Below, in pieces: positions 20,939-31,414 of a stretch of DNA of 64,000 nt; within the stretch, counting starts at the first letter, position 1; the number at the start of each line of letters is the position of its first letter. Position numbers and translations under genes: made by a program. The notes below the pieces were generated by a model, which saw only the letters and a program-made list of their open reading frames with translations, was not told the origin of the DNA and did no database searches. The stretch is taken from contig JAOUFJ010000002.1 of assembly GCA_029858255.1 (NCBI GenBank), positions 10,637 to 74,636 on the forward strand. The letters run 5' to 3'. This stretch comes from a candidate division WOR-3 bacterium. GTDB taxonomy: Bacteria; Hydrothermota; Tepidihabitantia; SM23-42.

Positions 20939-21198
20939 GCCGATCAGCCACATCAACACATACGGTCACCTCACCATTAATACTAATGGATTATCTGGTG
21001 CACACATTACTTCAGTATATACCTATAATCTCTGAAATATAATCAATTATTCTGAATTATTGAAGTAAATATATAAGAACTTATCGGTTGGCTTATCCTC
21101 GTTCGCATGTCCATTGATGCCTTGAGCGACTACCTGGGTTGCCGACTCTGATCGCTCGGAGCCTGCAAGAAAAAACGCAGACTACGATATCAAGGGTC

Positions 21199-22755
21199 TT
21201 ATTTAACGACCACTATCTTTGTCCCACCCTGTTCAATATTGACAAACCTGATAAAATACACGCCGGTCGGTAGCTGCAACTCGTGGTCCGGTTCTTTGAT
21301 TTCGGTAAATTTTTGTCCCATTGCATTGTAGATCGTGAGTGGATAGTAATCGGCACTATTTATGAGCATTCTGTAGGCAATGCCAGATCGCACCGGGCTG
21401 GCGACGTTTGGCAACGGTAATTCAACTACCCTTCCTCTGTTCTCGTTTATGCCAACCGGAGGATTTGGTGTTCCCGGGGTCGGAGCATCATAACTATTAA
21501 AATCTACTCCGTTGTTGTCGGTATCTTCACCATCCGGGTATCTACCCAGGCTGTACCCTGCTTCTACATCAGCAGCGGGCATCCATTCGCCAGTGAATAC
21601 CCATCCATTGAGCACCCCATATCCGACCGCATCAATCGTTATCCCGTGATAGCGCAACTCCACGTTGTCGGGTCCGTTCTGAAGATCGGCTACCGAGTCG
21701 ACCAGATCGACATTGGGGACTGACGAGAATTCACCAACAACGAAGAACCCGTCGCCAGGAATTGTGTAACCATTGAGGTCAATCGTTGCATAATCAACAC
21801 CGCCGTTCCCATTGACACCAACCAGCGTGATCCCATCGAGACTGGTGTTCCCTGCACCATATATCTCGATGAAACATCCAGAATCGGCTCCGGGCGTATC
21901 ATAGTAAAATTCATTCACATACAACCCGACTGCACCAACATAGTATGCGTGGGTATCTGAGACCGCTGAAAGACCGTCATCATCGACATATTTTAGATAG
22001 TAAAATACAGTATCTCCACTGCTCTGGCCGGCGATTTGATAATGAAAAGTATCATTACTCACCGAGATATGCGTTGTCATCGAAGGTGATACAAGGCTAT
22101 TCACTCCGTAGAAGAGAGTGTCATGCTCGACCGTGCCATTGTCAAGCACATAACCGTAAATATCAACTGTGACTCCCGGTGCCGGATTAGTCGGGGTGTG
22201 CCAGGAGCGAATGATCGTAGGAGGTTGTGTTGCTGGAGGTCCGAAATATGCATCATCAACGTAGAATATTGCACCGGTCCAGGGTGTGCCGACGTCATAG
22301 CCCCGAATGACAAACCGGACCGAGTCAGCATTTGAGGGCGACACCGCAAGGTCAGAGGTCCATAACTGCCACGAAGGAGAATCTACCGTGTAGAAATTAG
22401 GCCACTCACTCGATACGTATACGCCGCCAGAAAACCATTGTACACCGCCGCGTGCGCGGCCGGCCGGGTCATTATCATGGACCCAGAAGGAAATACGATA
22501 TAGCGTGTTTGGCTGCGCATGCATTCCCTGATACAGCTCGGCATTGCCTGCCGTCGTCGAGAAAAAGCTATCTTTGGCACTGAAGTTCCCGGCATACACA
22601 GTGACGTCTTCCTGAAAGAGCGCGACCGAATCGCTCTTTATCCAGTACTCAGGCATGCCACCAGACCAGGTTTCAAAACCCGGGTTCTGTAACATGTTCT
22701 GGGAATACGCCAAAGACAAGACCACTGCTAATAAAACAAGAATTCTCTCTTTCAT
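21199..22755 (-). CDS. T9SS-sorted secreted protein with an N-terminal CBM4/9-like carbohydrate-binding module and a lamin-tail (LTD) domain
   Basis: 518 aa with a signal peptide. NPGFETWSGGMPEYW is CBM_4_9-like. LYVNEFYYDTPGADSGCFIEIYGAGNTSLDGITLVGVNG...IPGDGFFVVG is the LTD pattern. The C-terminus TIYNAMGQKFTEIKEPDHELQLPTGVYFIRFVNIEQGGTKIVVVK is a T9SS CTD. Confidence 0.65.
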   Translation of the reverse strand: MKERILVLLAVVLSLAYSQNMLQNPGFETWSGGMPEYWIKSDSVALFQEDVTVYAGNFSAKDSFFSTTAGNAELYQGMHAQPNTLYRISFWVHDNDPAGRARGGVQWFSGGVYVSSEWPNFYTVDSPSWQLWTSDLAVSPSNADSVRFVIRGYDVGTPWTGAIFYVDDAYFGPPATQPPTIIRSWHTPTNPAPGVTVDIYGYVLDNGTVEHDTLFYGVNSLVSPSMTTHISVSNDTFHYQIAGQSSGDTVFYYLKYVDDDGLSAVSDTHAYYVGAVGLYVNEFYYDTPGADSGCFIEIYGAGNTSLDGITLVGVNGNGGVDYATIDLNGYTIPGDGFFVVGEFSSVPNVDLVDSVADLQNGPDNVELRYHGITIDAVGYGVLNGWVFTGEWMPAADVEAGYSLGRYPDGEDTDNNGVDFNSYDAPTPGTPNPPVGINENRGRVVELPLPNVASPVRSGIAYRMLINSADYYPLTIYNAMGQKFTEIKEPDHELQLPTGVYFIRFVNIEQGGTKIVVVK

Positions 22756-22964
22756 ACAGCCTCCCTTTTTATGTCAGAGTTGCGTAGCTATTAACTATCG
22801 GGATATTCTCTACAAAAGACAATGCCTTGTCAAGCATGTCGTCAGTTCTATGATCATAACAGATAATTCAAATTGTATCTTTACGGACGCAGTGTCACGT
22901 AGTTTTGGGCGGCAGTGTTGACATAAAGCCGATATTATATAAGATTTGTGAAAAAGGAGAACTA

Positions 22965-23579
22965 ATGAGACGATTCATTTTACTGCCGGCTTTGATCGTT
23001 ACACAATTACTAGCGCTCGAAGCAAATGAAATTATTGGAAAGACAGTTGAGAAGTACCGCAACATGAACACCTTTTACACTGAATTCGAACAAGGGTATT
23101 GTGATGAAGACGCCGGCACATGCCAGCGTTATGAAGGCAGAACCTATTATATGAGACCGAATTTTTTCAGAATGGAGATCGAAGAGCCAAAACAGATATA
23201 TGTGGGTGACAGCGTTTCCCTCTGGATCTACATGCCCGACGAGAAGAGAGCGATACGCCAGGAACTCAATCAAATGCCCTTTCAAATCAGCCCGGATGCA
23301 TTGTTTGAGAACTACGAAGAAGATTTCGTCTCGTCCCTCGCAGGTGAAGACGGAGACAACTACGAGATCGTCCTCGAACCAAAGGATGAAACTGATATTT
23401 ACCGCAGACTGAGGGTGAAGATAAAGAAAGAGACTTTTGAGATAATCGGAATTACTGTCACGGATGAATCGGGTATTGAGAGCAAATTCGAATTCACAAA
23501 GGTCGAGATCAACAAGAAGATCGACCGGAAAATATTTCAATTCGACCCGCCCGAGGGAGTACAGGTTGATGAGTATTGA
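22965..23579 (+). CDS. LolA-like outer-membrane lipoprotein carrier protein
   Basis: ~204 aa from the ATG with an AAGGAG RBS. It has a signal peptide and a LolA-like core (F...Q...R.EGR.YYMRPNFFRME...IYVGDSVSLWIYMPDE). Confidence 0.5.
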   Translation: MRRFILLPALIVTQLLALEANEIIGKTVEKYRNMNTFYTEFEQGYCDEDAGTCQRYEGRTYYMRPNFFRMEIEEPKQIYVGDSVSLWIYMPDEKRAIRQELNQMPFQISPDALFENYEEDFVSSLAGEDGDNYEIVLEPKDETDIYRRLRVKIKKETFEIIGITVTDESGIESKFEFTKVEINKKIDRKIFQFDPPEGVQVDEY

Positions 23580-23970
23580 TCTTCTCATGGATGATTCGTG
23601 CTTTGCTTGCGGCAAGAAAAATGAGAATGGTTTGCAGCTCAAGATCATTGAAAAAGACGGTGGCGTCTGGGCAGCGATAGATCCACCACTGTGGTCACAG
23701 GGTTACAGTGGAATCGTGCACGGCGGTGTTGTTGCAACGATACTCGATGAGATGGCGGTATGGGCTGCGTTCAAAAAAGGATACAGAACAGTAACCGCAG
23801 AGCTCAATATGAGAATCAAAGAAGCAATGCGAGTCGATCAGGAGTATACAGCGAGGTCACGAGTCCATCTGGTGAAGCACCGGCTCGTGGAGGCAGACAG
23901 TGAGATCATGGACAGAAACGATATACAGGTCGCGTTTGCGCACGTGAAATTGCTCGTGGTAAAGCAATAG
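23569..23970 (+). CDS. PaaI/4HBT-family hotdog-fold thioesterase
   Basis: HGGVVATILDEMAVWA motif. The start ATG at 23569 overlaps the lolA-like stop. The track's longer N-terminal extension is out of context. Confidence 0.6.
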   Translation: MSIDLLMDDSCFACGKKNENGLQLKIIEKDGGVWAAIDPPLWSQGYSGIVHGGVVATILDEMAVWAAFKKGYRTVTAELNMRIKEAMRVDQEYTARSRVHLVKHRLVEADSEIMDRNDIQVAFAHVKLLVVKQ

Positions 23971-23980
23971 CGACACCTGT

Positions 23981-25246
23981 ATGAAGATACATTGCGTCTC
24001 GCTCGGCTGTCCCAAGAACCTTGTTGATTCAGAGAACATCATCGGTATTTTGGGTGCCTCGGGCGCTTCAGTTACGGCGTTTCCAGATGAATGTGACGTC
24101 ATGATACTTAACACGTGTGCATTCATAAGACCGGCCATGGAGGAAACCGAACAGGAAATAGAAAATGCGCTCCGCAACATGAATAACGGAAGAAGACTCT
24201 TCGTAATTGGCTGCGCGGTCAACCGATATGGTAGCCGGCTAAGACGCAAGTTCCCTGAAGTATCTGGCTGGTACGAAATCAAGGAGATACCCAAGCTCAT
24301 CAAAACACTCGCTCCTGAAGCGACCGACATGCACGCCCGGTTGCCGACCACAGCCGGGTATGCCTACGTGAAGATATCTGAAGGCTGTTCCAATAATTGC
24401 ACTTACTGTACGATCCCTTCGATCAAGGGACCGTACCGGAGTTTTGGCATGGAAGAACTCCTTTCTGAAGGCCGTGAGCTTGTCAGGTTAGGAGTAAAGG
24501 AACTGATACTTATCGGGCAGGACACGACAAGATACGGCACTGACACATATGGACGACCCATGCTGAAATCTCTGCTCCAGCGGCTCTCTCAGATCGATGG
24601 GATCGAATGGATCAGAATAATGTACGCACACCCTAAAACGATAGATGATGACATCATGAAGGAAATCGAGCAGAATGATAAAATCTGCAAGTATGTCGAT
24701 CTTCCCATCCAGCATGTGTGTCCCCGCATATTGAAAACAATGAAGCGTGGTACGACACGTGAACGCATAGAAAGCGTGATTAAGACCCTGAGGGGGATCC
24801 GCGGCATTTCTGTCAGAACAACGATCATTGTTGGCTTCCCCGGTGAAACCGATACCGAATTTGCCGAACTGATGGAATTCATCAGCAAAGGTTATTTCGA
24901 CTGGCTGGGTGTATTCCCCTATCATCGCGAAGCAGGAACAGAAGCAGCCACGCTGGAGCAAGTACCGGCAGAAAGTATACGAGAACGTTATGGAAAGGCA
25001 CTCGCCGTGCAGCAACGCCAAATTGAAAAAAGAAATCACAAAAGGCTCGGGCATCGGTGCAAGGTCTTACTACATACGCGTGAGGGCCACTCTTACGTTG
25101 GTCATGCAGAATTCTGCGCACCAGATGTTGACAGCCAGATATTCATCGAACGGCAGAACTTGATATTGGGTAGGTTCTATGACATCGGGATTACGGGTAC
25201 TGTGGGCAGCGACCTGAAGGGTGAGTTAGCCGAGACACATTTATAG
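23981..25246 (+). CDS. rimO: ribosomal protein S12 methylthiotransferase RimO (radical-SAM MTTase)
   Basis: MKIHCVSLGCPKNLVDSE N-terminal UPF0004 domain, radical-SAM CSNNCTYC motif and C-terminal TRAM domain. Confidence 0.75.
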   Translation: MKIHCVSLGCPKNLVDSENIIGILGASGASVTAFPDECDVMILNTCAFIRPAMEETEQEIENALRNMNNGRRLFVIGCAVNRYGSRLRRKFPEVSGWYEIKEIPKLIKTLAPEATDMHARLPTTAGYAYVKISEGCSNNCTYCTIPSIKGPYRSFGMEELLSEGRELVRLGVKELILIGQDTTRYGTDTYGRPMLKSLLQRLSQIDGIEWIRIMYAHPKTIDDDIMKEIEQNDKICKYVDLPIQHVCPRILKTMKRGTTRERIESVIKTLRGIRGISVRTTIIVGFPGETDTEFAELMEFISKGYFDWLGVFPYHREAGTEAATLEQVPAESIRERYGKALAVQQRQIEKRNHKRLGHRCKVLLHTREGHSYVGHAEFCAPDVDSQIFIERQNLILGRFYDIGITGTVGSDLKGELAETHL

Positions 25247-25247
25247 C

Positions 25248-26042
25248 ATGATTATAACAAAGATAATCAACACTTCTATGCTCTTTCTCTATATGCTTCT
25301 CCCCTACAATCTTTGTCGTTCTCTGGAGGTTCCGCTTGATTTCCACGGTCGTGGCTTTTTTGGAAAATATCTGAATAGCGATACGACCAGGTTCAATTTT
25401 GACTCTTCATTTGAAATATATGTGAATACACTCCGACACGGTTCCTTCTCGACGTACGTTTATTACCGTGACGATCTTGATATGGCCGAGCAAACCGGAG
25501 GTGTTTCAATAGACCCCAGGTACGGCCACTACTATATCGTGGGTGGATTGGACTATTTTCTTCAAAACTTTGTCATAACAGGCTATTTCGTGCATGATTG
25601 CATTCATGATATCGACTATGCAGTGGAAGGGACCCCGGTATTCAACCGGTTCAGGTTGCGTTTTGCTTCCGGTGATTTTCATTACACGACACGCCTCATG
25701 ACCGTGAAAAAATTGCTGTGGTCAGTAGATATCGGCTATTATCCCCATTGGGATTTCCATGGATGGGATATCAATGCCGGCGCTGACTACAATTATGATA
25801 TCATTCTGATGGCAATGTACAATCTCTACTCAAATAACAATTTCGGGCTGGATTTTACACCGGACCTTTCGATCATAGTAGGAGACACATCGCTTTACCA
25901 CCGACATGTCCTCGGACTAAAAACGTATTACAAGAGATCAGCAAAACGCTTTGGACTCTCCCTCGATTATTTTGCCTACGTTGACGATCCCATAAAAAAA
26001 CCTGACAAACTATGGCTGCTGTCCATTTATACAGAATTCTAG
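25248..26042 (+). CDS. hypothetical protein, probable outer-membrane beta-barrel
   Basis: 264 aa rich in Y/F/D/G with amphipathic strand periodicity and a C-terminal F. No motif recognised. Confidence 0.3.
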   Translation: MIITKIINTSMLFLYMLLPYNLCRSLEVPLDFHGRGFFGKYLNSDTTRFNFDSSFEIYVNTLRHGSFSTYVYYRDDLDMAEQTGGVSIDPRYGHYYIVGGLDYFLQNFVITGYFVHDCIHDIDYAVEGTPVFNRFRLRFASGDFHYTTRLMTVKKLLWSVDIGYYPHWDFHGWDINAGADYNYDIILMAMYNLYSNNNFGLDFTPDLSIIVGDTSLYHRHVLGLKTYYKRSAKRFGLSLDYFAYVDDPIKKPDKLWLLSIYTEF

Positions 26043-27634
26043 CGCTCACGCTATTTTTGTATAATAGCGACGGTGCATACGAAATGTTCAGCATCGCAAA
26101 TCAATTGGAGCTCGAAGGCCGTGTTGAGGAAGCAATACAATATTATGAGAAGGCACATGAACTTGAACCCACGTCAGTCGAGATCAACATTTCACTCGCC
26201 AGTGCCCTTTACCAGATACAGCGTTTTGATGAAGGTATTTCGTACCTGGATAGAGCATTGGAGATGGACCCAGAAAACTTACGTCTGCACCAGCTGATAG
26301 CCCTGGGATATGTCGGTGAACGGAAACTGGACAAGGCTATCGAATACTACATTCATGCCCTGGAATTCGCGCCGGGCAATCAAGAGTTGTATCTGGCGGT
26401 TTCCGCATTGTTCGAAGCTAACAGAAAACTCTCGGAAGCCATGTCAGCCCTTGAGCGGATGCCTGATGAAATAAAGACGGCCGAGATATTTCTCAGACTC
26501 GCCAATCTCGCTGGCCGCATGAATGATCATCTTCTGGCAGTGGACTATTACCGGAAGGCTTATCTGCTCGATACGACGGATTTCAATACGACCATTGGTA
26601 TTGGAACGGGGTTCGATATGCTCGGCATCACTGATTCGGCGATATTTTATTATGAGAACGTAAATGCCGATACTTTCATTTCAAATGTGGCGCAGCGGCT
26701 CATCGATCTGTACACTGAAGTGGATAGATATGATAGAGTAATAACAAGCGCCAATGAGATACTGACCCTTGAACCAAGCAATACTCACGTAAGGCGGAGC
26801 CTGGGTTTCGCATATTACAAGGTGGAGATGTTCATCAGGGCACTCAATGAATTCTCTATTGTTCTCAGATATGACCCTTCGGATACCTATTCGGCATTCT
26901 ATCTGGCACGTATATATATGGAACAAGGAGAATATGACAGATCCCGTAAGGAGATCGAATCCGCGTTAAAGGTCAATCCTGATTTCATTGAACTCTGGGT
27001 TTATCTGGGGTTCGTCGCCATTGAAAAGGAGGATTACGATCTTGCCGAATATGCCTTCACCGAGGCAGCATATCGCGGTGGCGATCTTGCACAAATCTAC
27101 TATTTACTCGGAGCTGTCATGGAAACCCAAGAGAAAGCTACGGAAGCTTACTATTATTACAGTAAGGCGGTGGAGAAAAATCCGGAAAACATTGCCGCCC
27201 TGCAATCCTTGGCGAGTATCACATCATCGTTCGGCAGGGAAACAGAAACATTCAATACTTTCCAGAGGATACTCGAAATAGACACCCTGAATGCCGTAGC
27301 GCTGAATTATGTAGGATACACCTATGCCGAACGCAGTGACAGCCTCGAATACGCGCTTCGACTAATAGACAGGGCGCTGGAAATAGACGTCAATAACGGT
27401 TATTACATGGACTCACGGGGCTGGGTGTTCTACAAAATGGGAAGGTTCGAAGAAGCACTGCGCGAGCTGGAACGCGCCAGTGAAATAGTAGAAGATGCTG
27501 TGATCTTAGAACACCTGGGAGACGTAAACCTGGAACTGAAGCGCCGCAGCGCGGCGCTCGATGCCTACAGACGAGCGTTAGAAATAGAACCGGAGAGCAA
27601 AGCGTTGCAGAGCAAGATCGATTCGGTGAAATAA
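26012..27634 (+). CDS. tetratricopeptide-repeat protein
   Basis: 540 aa with at least 10 TPR units (W-LG-Y..A..-Y pattern). The start is uncertain; an alternative ATG at 26087 avoids overlap with the upstream gene. Confidence 0.65.
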   Translation: MAAVHLYRILALTLFLYNSDGAYEMFSIANQLELEGRVEEAIQYYEKAHELEPTSVEINISLASALYQIQRFDEGISYLDRALEMDPENLRLHQLIALGYVGERKLDKAIEYYIHALEFAPGNQELYLAVSALFEANRKLSEAMSALERMPDEIKTAEIFLRLANLAGRMNDHLLAVDYYRKAYLLDTTDFNTTIGIGTGFDMLGITDSAIFYYENVNADTFISNVAQRLIDLYTEVDRYDRVITSANEILTLEPSNTHVRRSLGFAYYKVEMFIRALNEFSIVLRYDPSDTYSAFYLARIYMEQGEYDRSRKEIESALKVNPDFIELWVYLGFVAIEKEDYDLAEYAFTEAAYRGGDLAQIYYLLGAVMETQEKATEAYYYYSKAVEKNPENIAALQSLASITSSFGRETETFNTFQRILEIDTLNAVALNYVGYTYAERSDSLEYALRLIDRALEIDVNNGYYMDSRGWVFYKMGRFEEALRELERASEIVEDAVILEHLGDVNLELKRRSAALDAYRRALEIEPESKALQSKIDSVK

Positions 27635-28885
27635 ATGTGGGAGCCTTACCGCATAAAGGTCGTTGAGCCACTCCCCAGAACAACCCGGAAAACAAGGAAA
27701 AAGGTTCTTGAGAAAGCCGGGTTTAATCCTTTTCTGATACCCGCAAAATACGTCACCATCGACCTGATATCGGATTCGGGAACAGGAGCGATGACCGCTG
27801 AGCAGTGGGCAAGAATGATCGAAGCAAGAGAGGATTTCGCCGGACAGACATCTTTCGAGCAGTTCTTAGATGCAGCAAAATCTCTCACTGGATTCCCTTA
27901 CATCCAACCGGTACACCAGGGACGGAGCGCCGAGAGAATATTATTCGGCTTGCTGCTGAATAGAGGCGATACAGTCCTCGCCAATACACATTTCGAAACG
28001 ACACGCAGTAATATAGAATCGCTCAAGTGTCATGCAATTGACCTGCCGTCCAGAGAGAGACCCTTCCGCGGCAATATCGATCTAACTGAAATGCAGAAAT
28101 CGATGGGGCAACGCAAGAAGGTGAAAATCGTTATCCTGACGGTCACGAGCAATATACTCGGAGGACAACCCGTATCAATGGAAAACATTGCCGCTGCAAA
28201 GAAGATAGCACGGCACCACGGTATCGCTGTGGTGTTGGATGCCAGCAGGTATGCCGATAATGCCTTCCTGATCAAGCAACACGGAGAGGCATACGGAAGC
28301 ATCAATGCAATCTGCCGAAAGATGTTCGGATATGCAGACATCGCCTACCTCAGCAGCAAAAAGGACGGGCTTGTGAATATCGGCGGTTTCATTGGACTGA
28401 GGGACGGAAGACTCTATGATCGCCTCAAATACGAGATCATCCGTCAGGAAGCATTCCCCACGTCGGGCGGTTTGGCTGCGCGTGATCTTGCCGCGATGAC
28501 CGGGGGTCTGGTAGATTCTACAGATGAACACTTTCTAAGGGTACATATCGAAAACATCAAATTTCTTGGCCGGCTGCTTAAAGAAAATCGCGTGGATATT
28601 TTCGAACCGGTGGGTGGTCATGCCGTTGTTATTATGAAAAAGAAAAACCAGACCCATTTTGCATTTGCGCTTGCCGCCCAGATCTATATCGATTCCGGAA
28701 TCCGTGTGGGAGTCTTCGATGATTGTGTGCGGGTTGCTGTTCCACGCCGGGTCTATACGCGCGAGCACCTCAGATACGTTGGTGAATGTATAGCCACAGC
28801 ATATTCATCAGGTGTCCCGAGGTTGAAGCTCGTACACAGACCCAGTGAATTCTTCAATTTCTTCGCACGTTACGTCACTGTATAA
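27635..28885 (+). CDS. tryptophanase / tyrosine phenol-lyase family PLP-dependent beta-eliminating lyase
   Basis: 416 aa. It aligns by eye to E. coli TnaA (YRIKVVEP..RTTR, DLISDSGTGAMT, PLP-lysine region SSKKDGLVNIGGF, GGHAVV). A search could separate Trp-specific from Tyr-specific enzymes. Confidence 0.75.
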   Translation: MWEPYRIKVVEPLPRTTRKTRKKVLEKAGFNPFLIPAKYVTIDLISDSGTGAMTAEQWARMIEAREDFAGQTSFEQFLDAAKSLTGFPYIQPVHQGRSAERILFGLLLNRGDTVLANTHFETTRSNIESLKCHAIDLPSRERPFRGNIDLTEMQKSMGQRKKVKIVILTVTSNILGGQPVSMENIAAAKKIARHHGIAVVLDASRYADNAFLIKQHGEAYGSINAICRKMFGYADIAYLSSKKDGLVNIGGFIGLRDGRLYDRLKYEIIRQEAFPTSGGLAARDLAAMTGGLVDSTDEHFLRVHIENIKFLGRLLKENRVDIFEPVGGHAVVIMKKKNQTHFAFALAAQIYIDSGIRVGVFDDCVRVAVPRRVYTREHLRYVGECIATAYSSGVPRLKLVHRPSEFFNFFARYVTV

Positions 28886-28955
28886 ATCAGCTTGGCGTAT
28901 ATACTGTGATACGAAGACATCACATAGAGTAGTAAACAGACTAATCTTGAGAATT

Positions 28956-28983
28956 GTCTTAATAGTTGACAAATACTCAATTT
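28956..28983 (+). promoter_or_regulatory. sigma-70-like promoter upstream of clpC: TTGACA, 16 nt, TAAAAT
   Basis: TTGACA at 28956-28961 and TAAAAT at 28978-28983, ~30 nt upstream of the clpC GGAGG RBS. Confidence 0.35.
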
Positions 28984-29014
28984 TGAATAAAATGGGCTTA
29001 ATAAGGAGGATGCA

Positions 29015-31414
29015 TTGCAGGAGAGATTCACCGAGCGGGTGAGGAAAATATTACACCTTGCTCATGACGAAGCATTGAAATTCAAAAACAACTTTATTGG
29101 CACCGAGCACCTCTTGCTGGCCATGATAAAAGAAGGCGAAGGTGTTGGTGCCATGGTTTTAATAAATTTAGGCATCGAACTCAACGAGTTGCGAAAGAAT
29201 ATCGAGAGTTCCATCCGTACCGGGCCCGGTGGCAAGATAGATGTTCCTTTCAGTAACGAATCGAGAGTATGCCTTAACTACGCGATGGAAGAAGCAAAGA
29301 ATTTCGGCCATTCCTATGTCGGCACCGAACACCTACTGCTTGGTATTATCAGAACGCCAGAGAGTCTTGGCGCGCAGGTGCTTGAATCTGTTGGGGTCGA
29401 CTACGAGACTGTCAAGAACGAGATCATCCAGCTCTTGAGACCTGAAGGCGTCATGACCAGCAAAGCACGCGGCAAGCAGAGGGGTTCAGCACTCGACCTT
29501 TTCTCCCGAGACCTGACCCAGCTTGCGCGTGAAGAGAAACTGGATCCGATCATCGGTCGCGAGAATGAGATCGAGAGGGTCATCCAGGTATTATCCCGAC
29601 GCAAGAAGAATAATCCCGTCCTCGTCGGTGAGGCCGGTGTCGGTAAAACCGCAATCGCCGAAGGTCTTGCCCAGGATATCATCGCGAGCAATGTCCCGGA
29701 TTCCTTGAAGAATAAAAGGGTGGTCGCATTGGATATGGCGTCGGTCGTTGCCGGCACGAAATACCGGGGGCAGTTCGAAGAGCGGCTGAAGGCAGTCATC
29801 AACGAGGTGACGCGTAACAAGGATGTCATACTCTTCATAGATGAACTGCACACCATCGTCGGAGCCGGAGCTGCCGAGGGCGCCATCGATGCATCGAGCA
29901 TACTGAAACCAGCATTGGCAAGGGGAGAAATCCAGTGTGTTGGCGCAACTACCCTGGAGGATTACCGCCGCTACATCGAGAAAAATGGGGCCCTGGAGCG
30001 CCGTTTTCAACCCATAATGGTAAACCCGCCAACGGTTCAGGAAACGATCAATATTCTACAGGGATTGCGAAAGAAGTATGAGGACCATCACCAGATAACA
30101 TATACGGATGAAGCGTTGGATGCCGCTGCTCGTCTATCCAATCGGTACATCACTGATAGATTCCTGCCCGATAAAGCAATCGACGTCATCGATGAGTCAG
30201 GTGCCAAGGTGAAACTATCGAAGATAGTGAAGAATGACGAAACCGCCGCGCTGGAAATGAAAATTAATGAGATAAAGGTCAGGAAGGAGAAACTGGTAGC
30301 CGAGCAGAAATTTGAACAAGCTGCCCATCTGCGTGATGAACAGAGAAAACTGACCGATGCATTACAGCAGCAAAACAAGACCACCGCCACTATTCGGCCT
30401 ACCGTGAACGAGGAGGATGTTGCCTTCATAGTCTCGCGCTGGACAGGTATTCCAGTCTCAAGGATCGAAGAAGGGGAATCCAAGAGACTACTCAAAATGG
30501 AAGAAGAGCTGAAAAAGAAGATCGTCAGCCAGAACGAGGCAATTTCGGCAATAGCAAAGGCTGTCAGACGCAGTCGAGCAGGGGTCAAGGATCCCAGAAG
30601 ACCTATCGGCTCATTCATCTTTCTGGGGCCAACCGGCGTGGGCAAGACTGAACTTGCCAGAAGGTTAGCCGAATTCCTTTTTGGTGATATCAATTCGTTG
30701 ATAAGTCTCGATATGTCCGAATTCATGGAAAAATTCAATGTTTCGCGTCTAATTGGCGCACCCCCAGGATACGTTGGTTACGAAGAAGGCGGCCAGCTGA
30801 CAGAGAAAGTGAGAAGAAAGCCGTATTCGGTAGTCCTTTTTGACGAAATCGAAAAGGCACATCCGGATGTCTTCAACATTCTGCTCCAGATACTGGAGGA
30901 TGGCCAATTGACGGATTCGTATGGCCGGCGCGTTGATTTCAAAAACACGGTTGTTATCATGACCTCAAATATCGGCACTGCTGAGATCAAGAGGAGCGAT
31001 GGCATCGGCTTCATGAAAGTCGATGATGCGGTTTCATACGAGAAAATGAAGATTCGGCTCATGGAAGAGGTCAGGAAGCTTTTCTCGCCGGAGTTCCTCA
31101 ACCGTATCGACGAAATAATTGTCTTTAAGAAACTGAGTAAGGACGATATGAAGCAAATCATTGAAATTCTCATACAGGAAGTGGAAGAGAGACTCCGTGA
31201 GAAGAATATGAGATTGGAACTGGATGAAACAAGCAAGGAACTGCTCGTTGAAACGGGATTCGACGCTGAATTCGGCGCCCGTCCGCTGAAAAGAATCATT
31301 AGAAAATTAATCGAAGACCCGCTTTCAGAAGAGATCCTCAAAGGAAACATCAAAGAGGGTAAACGTATTAAACTCGTGAGGTCGGGAGAAAAGATCGAGT
31401 TCACGCAGAAATGA
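29015..31414 (+). CDS. clpC: ATP-dependent Clp protease ATP-binding subunit ClpC (class III Hsp100)
   Basis: 799 aa with two Clp_N repeats, two AAA+ modules (GEAGVGKT and GPTGVGKTE Walker A), a UVR/coiled-coil middle region and a ClpB_D2-small domain. Confidence 0.85.
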   Translation: MQERFTERVRKILHLAHDEALKFKNNFIGTEHLLLAMIKEGEGVGAMVLINLGIELNELRKNIESSIRTGPGGKIDVPFSNESRVCLNYAMEEAKNFGHSYVGTEHLLLGIIRTPESLGAQVLESVGVDYETVKNEIIQLLRPEGVMTSKARGKQRGSALDLFSRDLTQLAREEKLDPIIGRENEIERVIQVLSRRKKNNPVLVGEAGVGKTAIAEGLAQDIIASNVPDSLKNKRVVALDMASVVAGTKYRGQFEERLKAVINEVTRNKDVILFIDELHTIVGAGAAEGAIDASSILKPALARGEIQCVGATTLEDYRRYIEKNGALERRFQPIMVNPPTVQETINILQGLRKKYEDHHQITYTDEALDAAARLSNRYITDRFLPDKAIDVIDESGAKVKLSKIVKNDETAALEMKINEIKVRKEKLVAEQKFEQAAHLRDEQRKLTDALQQQNKTTATIRPTVNEEDVAFIVSRWTGIPVSRIEEGESKRLLKMEEELKKKIVSQNEAISAIAKAVRRSRAGVKDPRRPIGSFIFLGPTGVGKTELARRLAEFLFGDINSLISLDMSEFMEKFNVSRLIGAPPGYVGYEEGGQLTEKVRRKPYSVVLFDEIEKAHPDVFNILLQILEDGQLTDSYGRRVDFKNTVVIMTSNIGTAEIKRSDGIGFMKVDDAVSYEKMKIRLMEEVRKLFSPEFLNRIDEIIVFKKLSKDDMKQIIEILIQEVEERLREKNMRLELDETSKELLVETGFDAEFGARPLKRIIRKLIEDPLSEEILKGNIKEGKRIKLVRSGEKIEFTQK

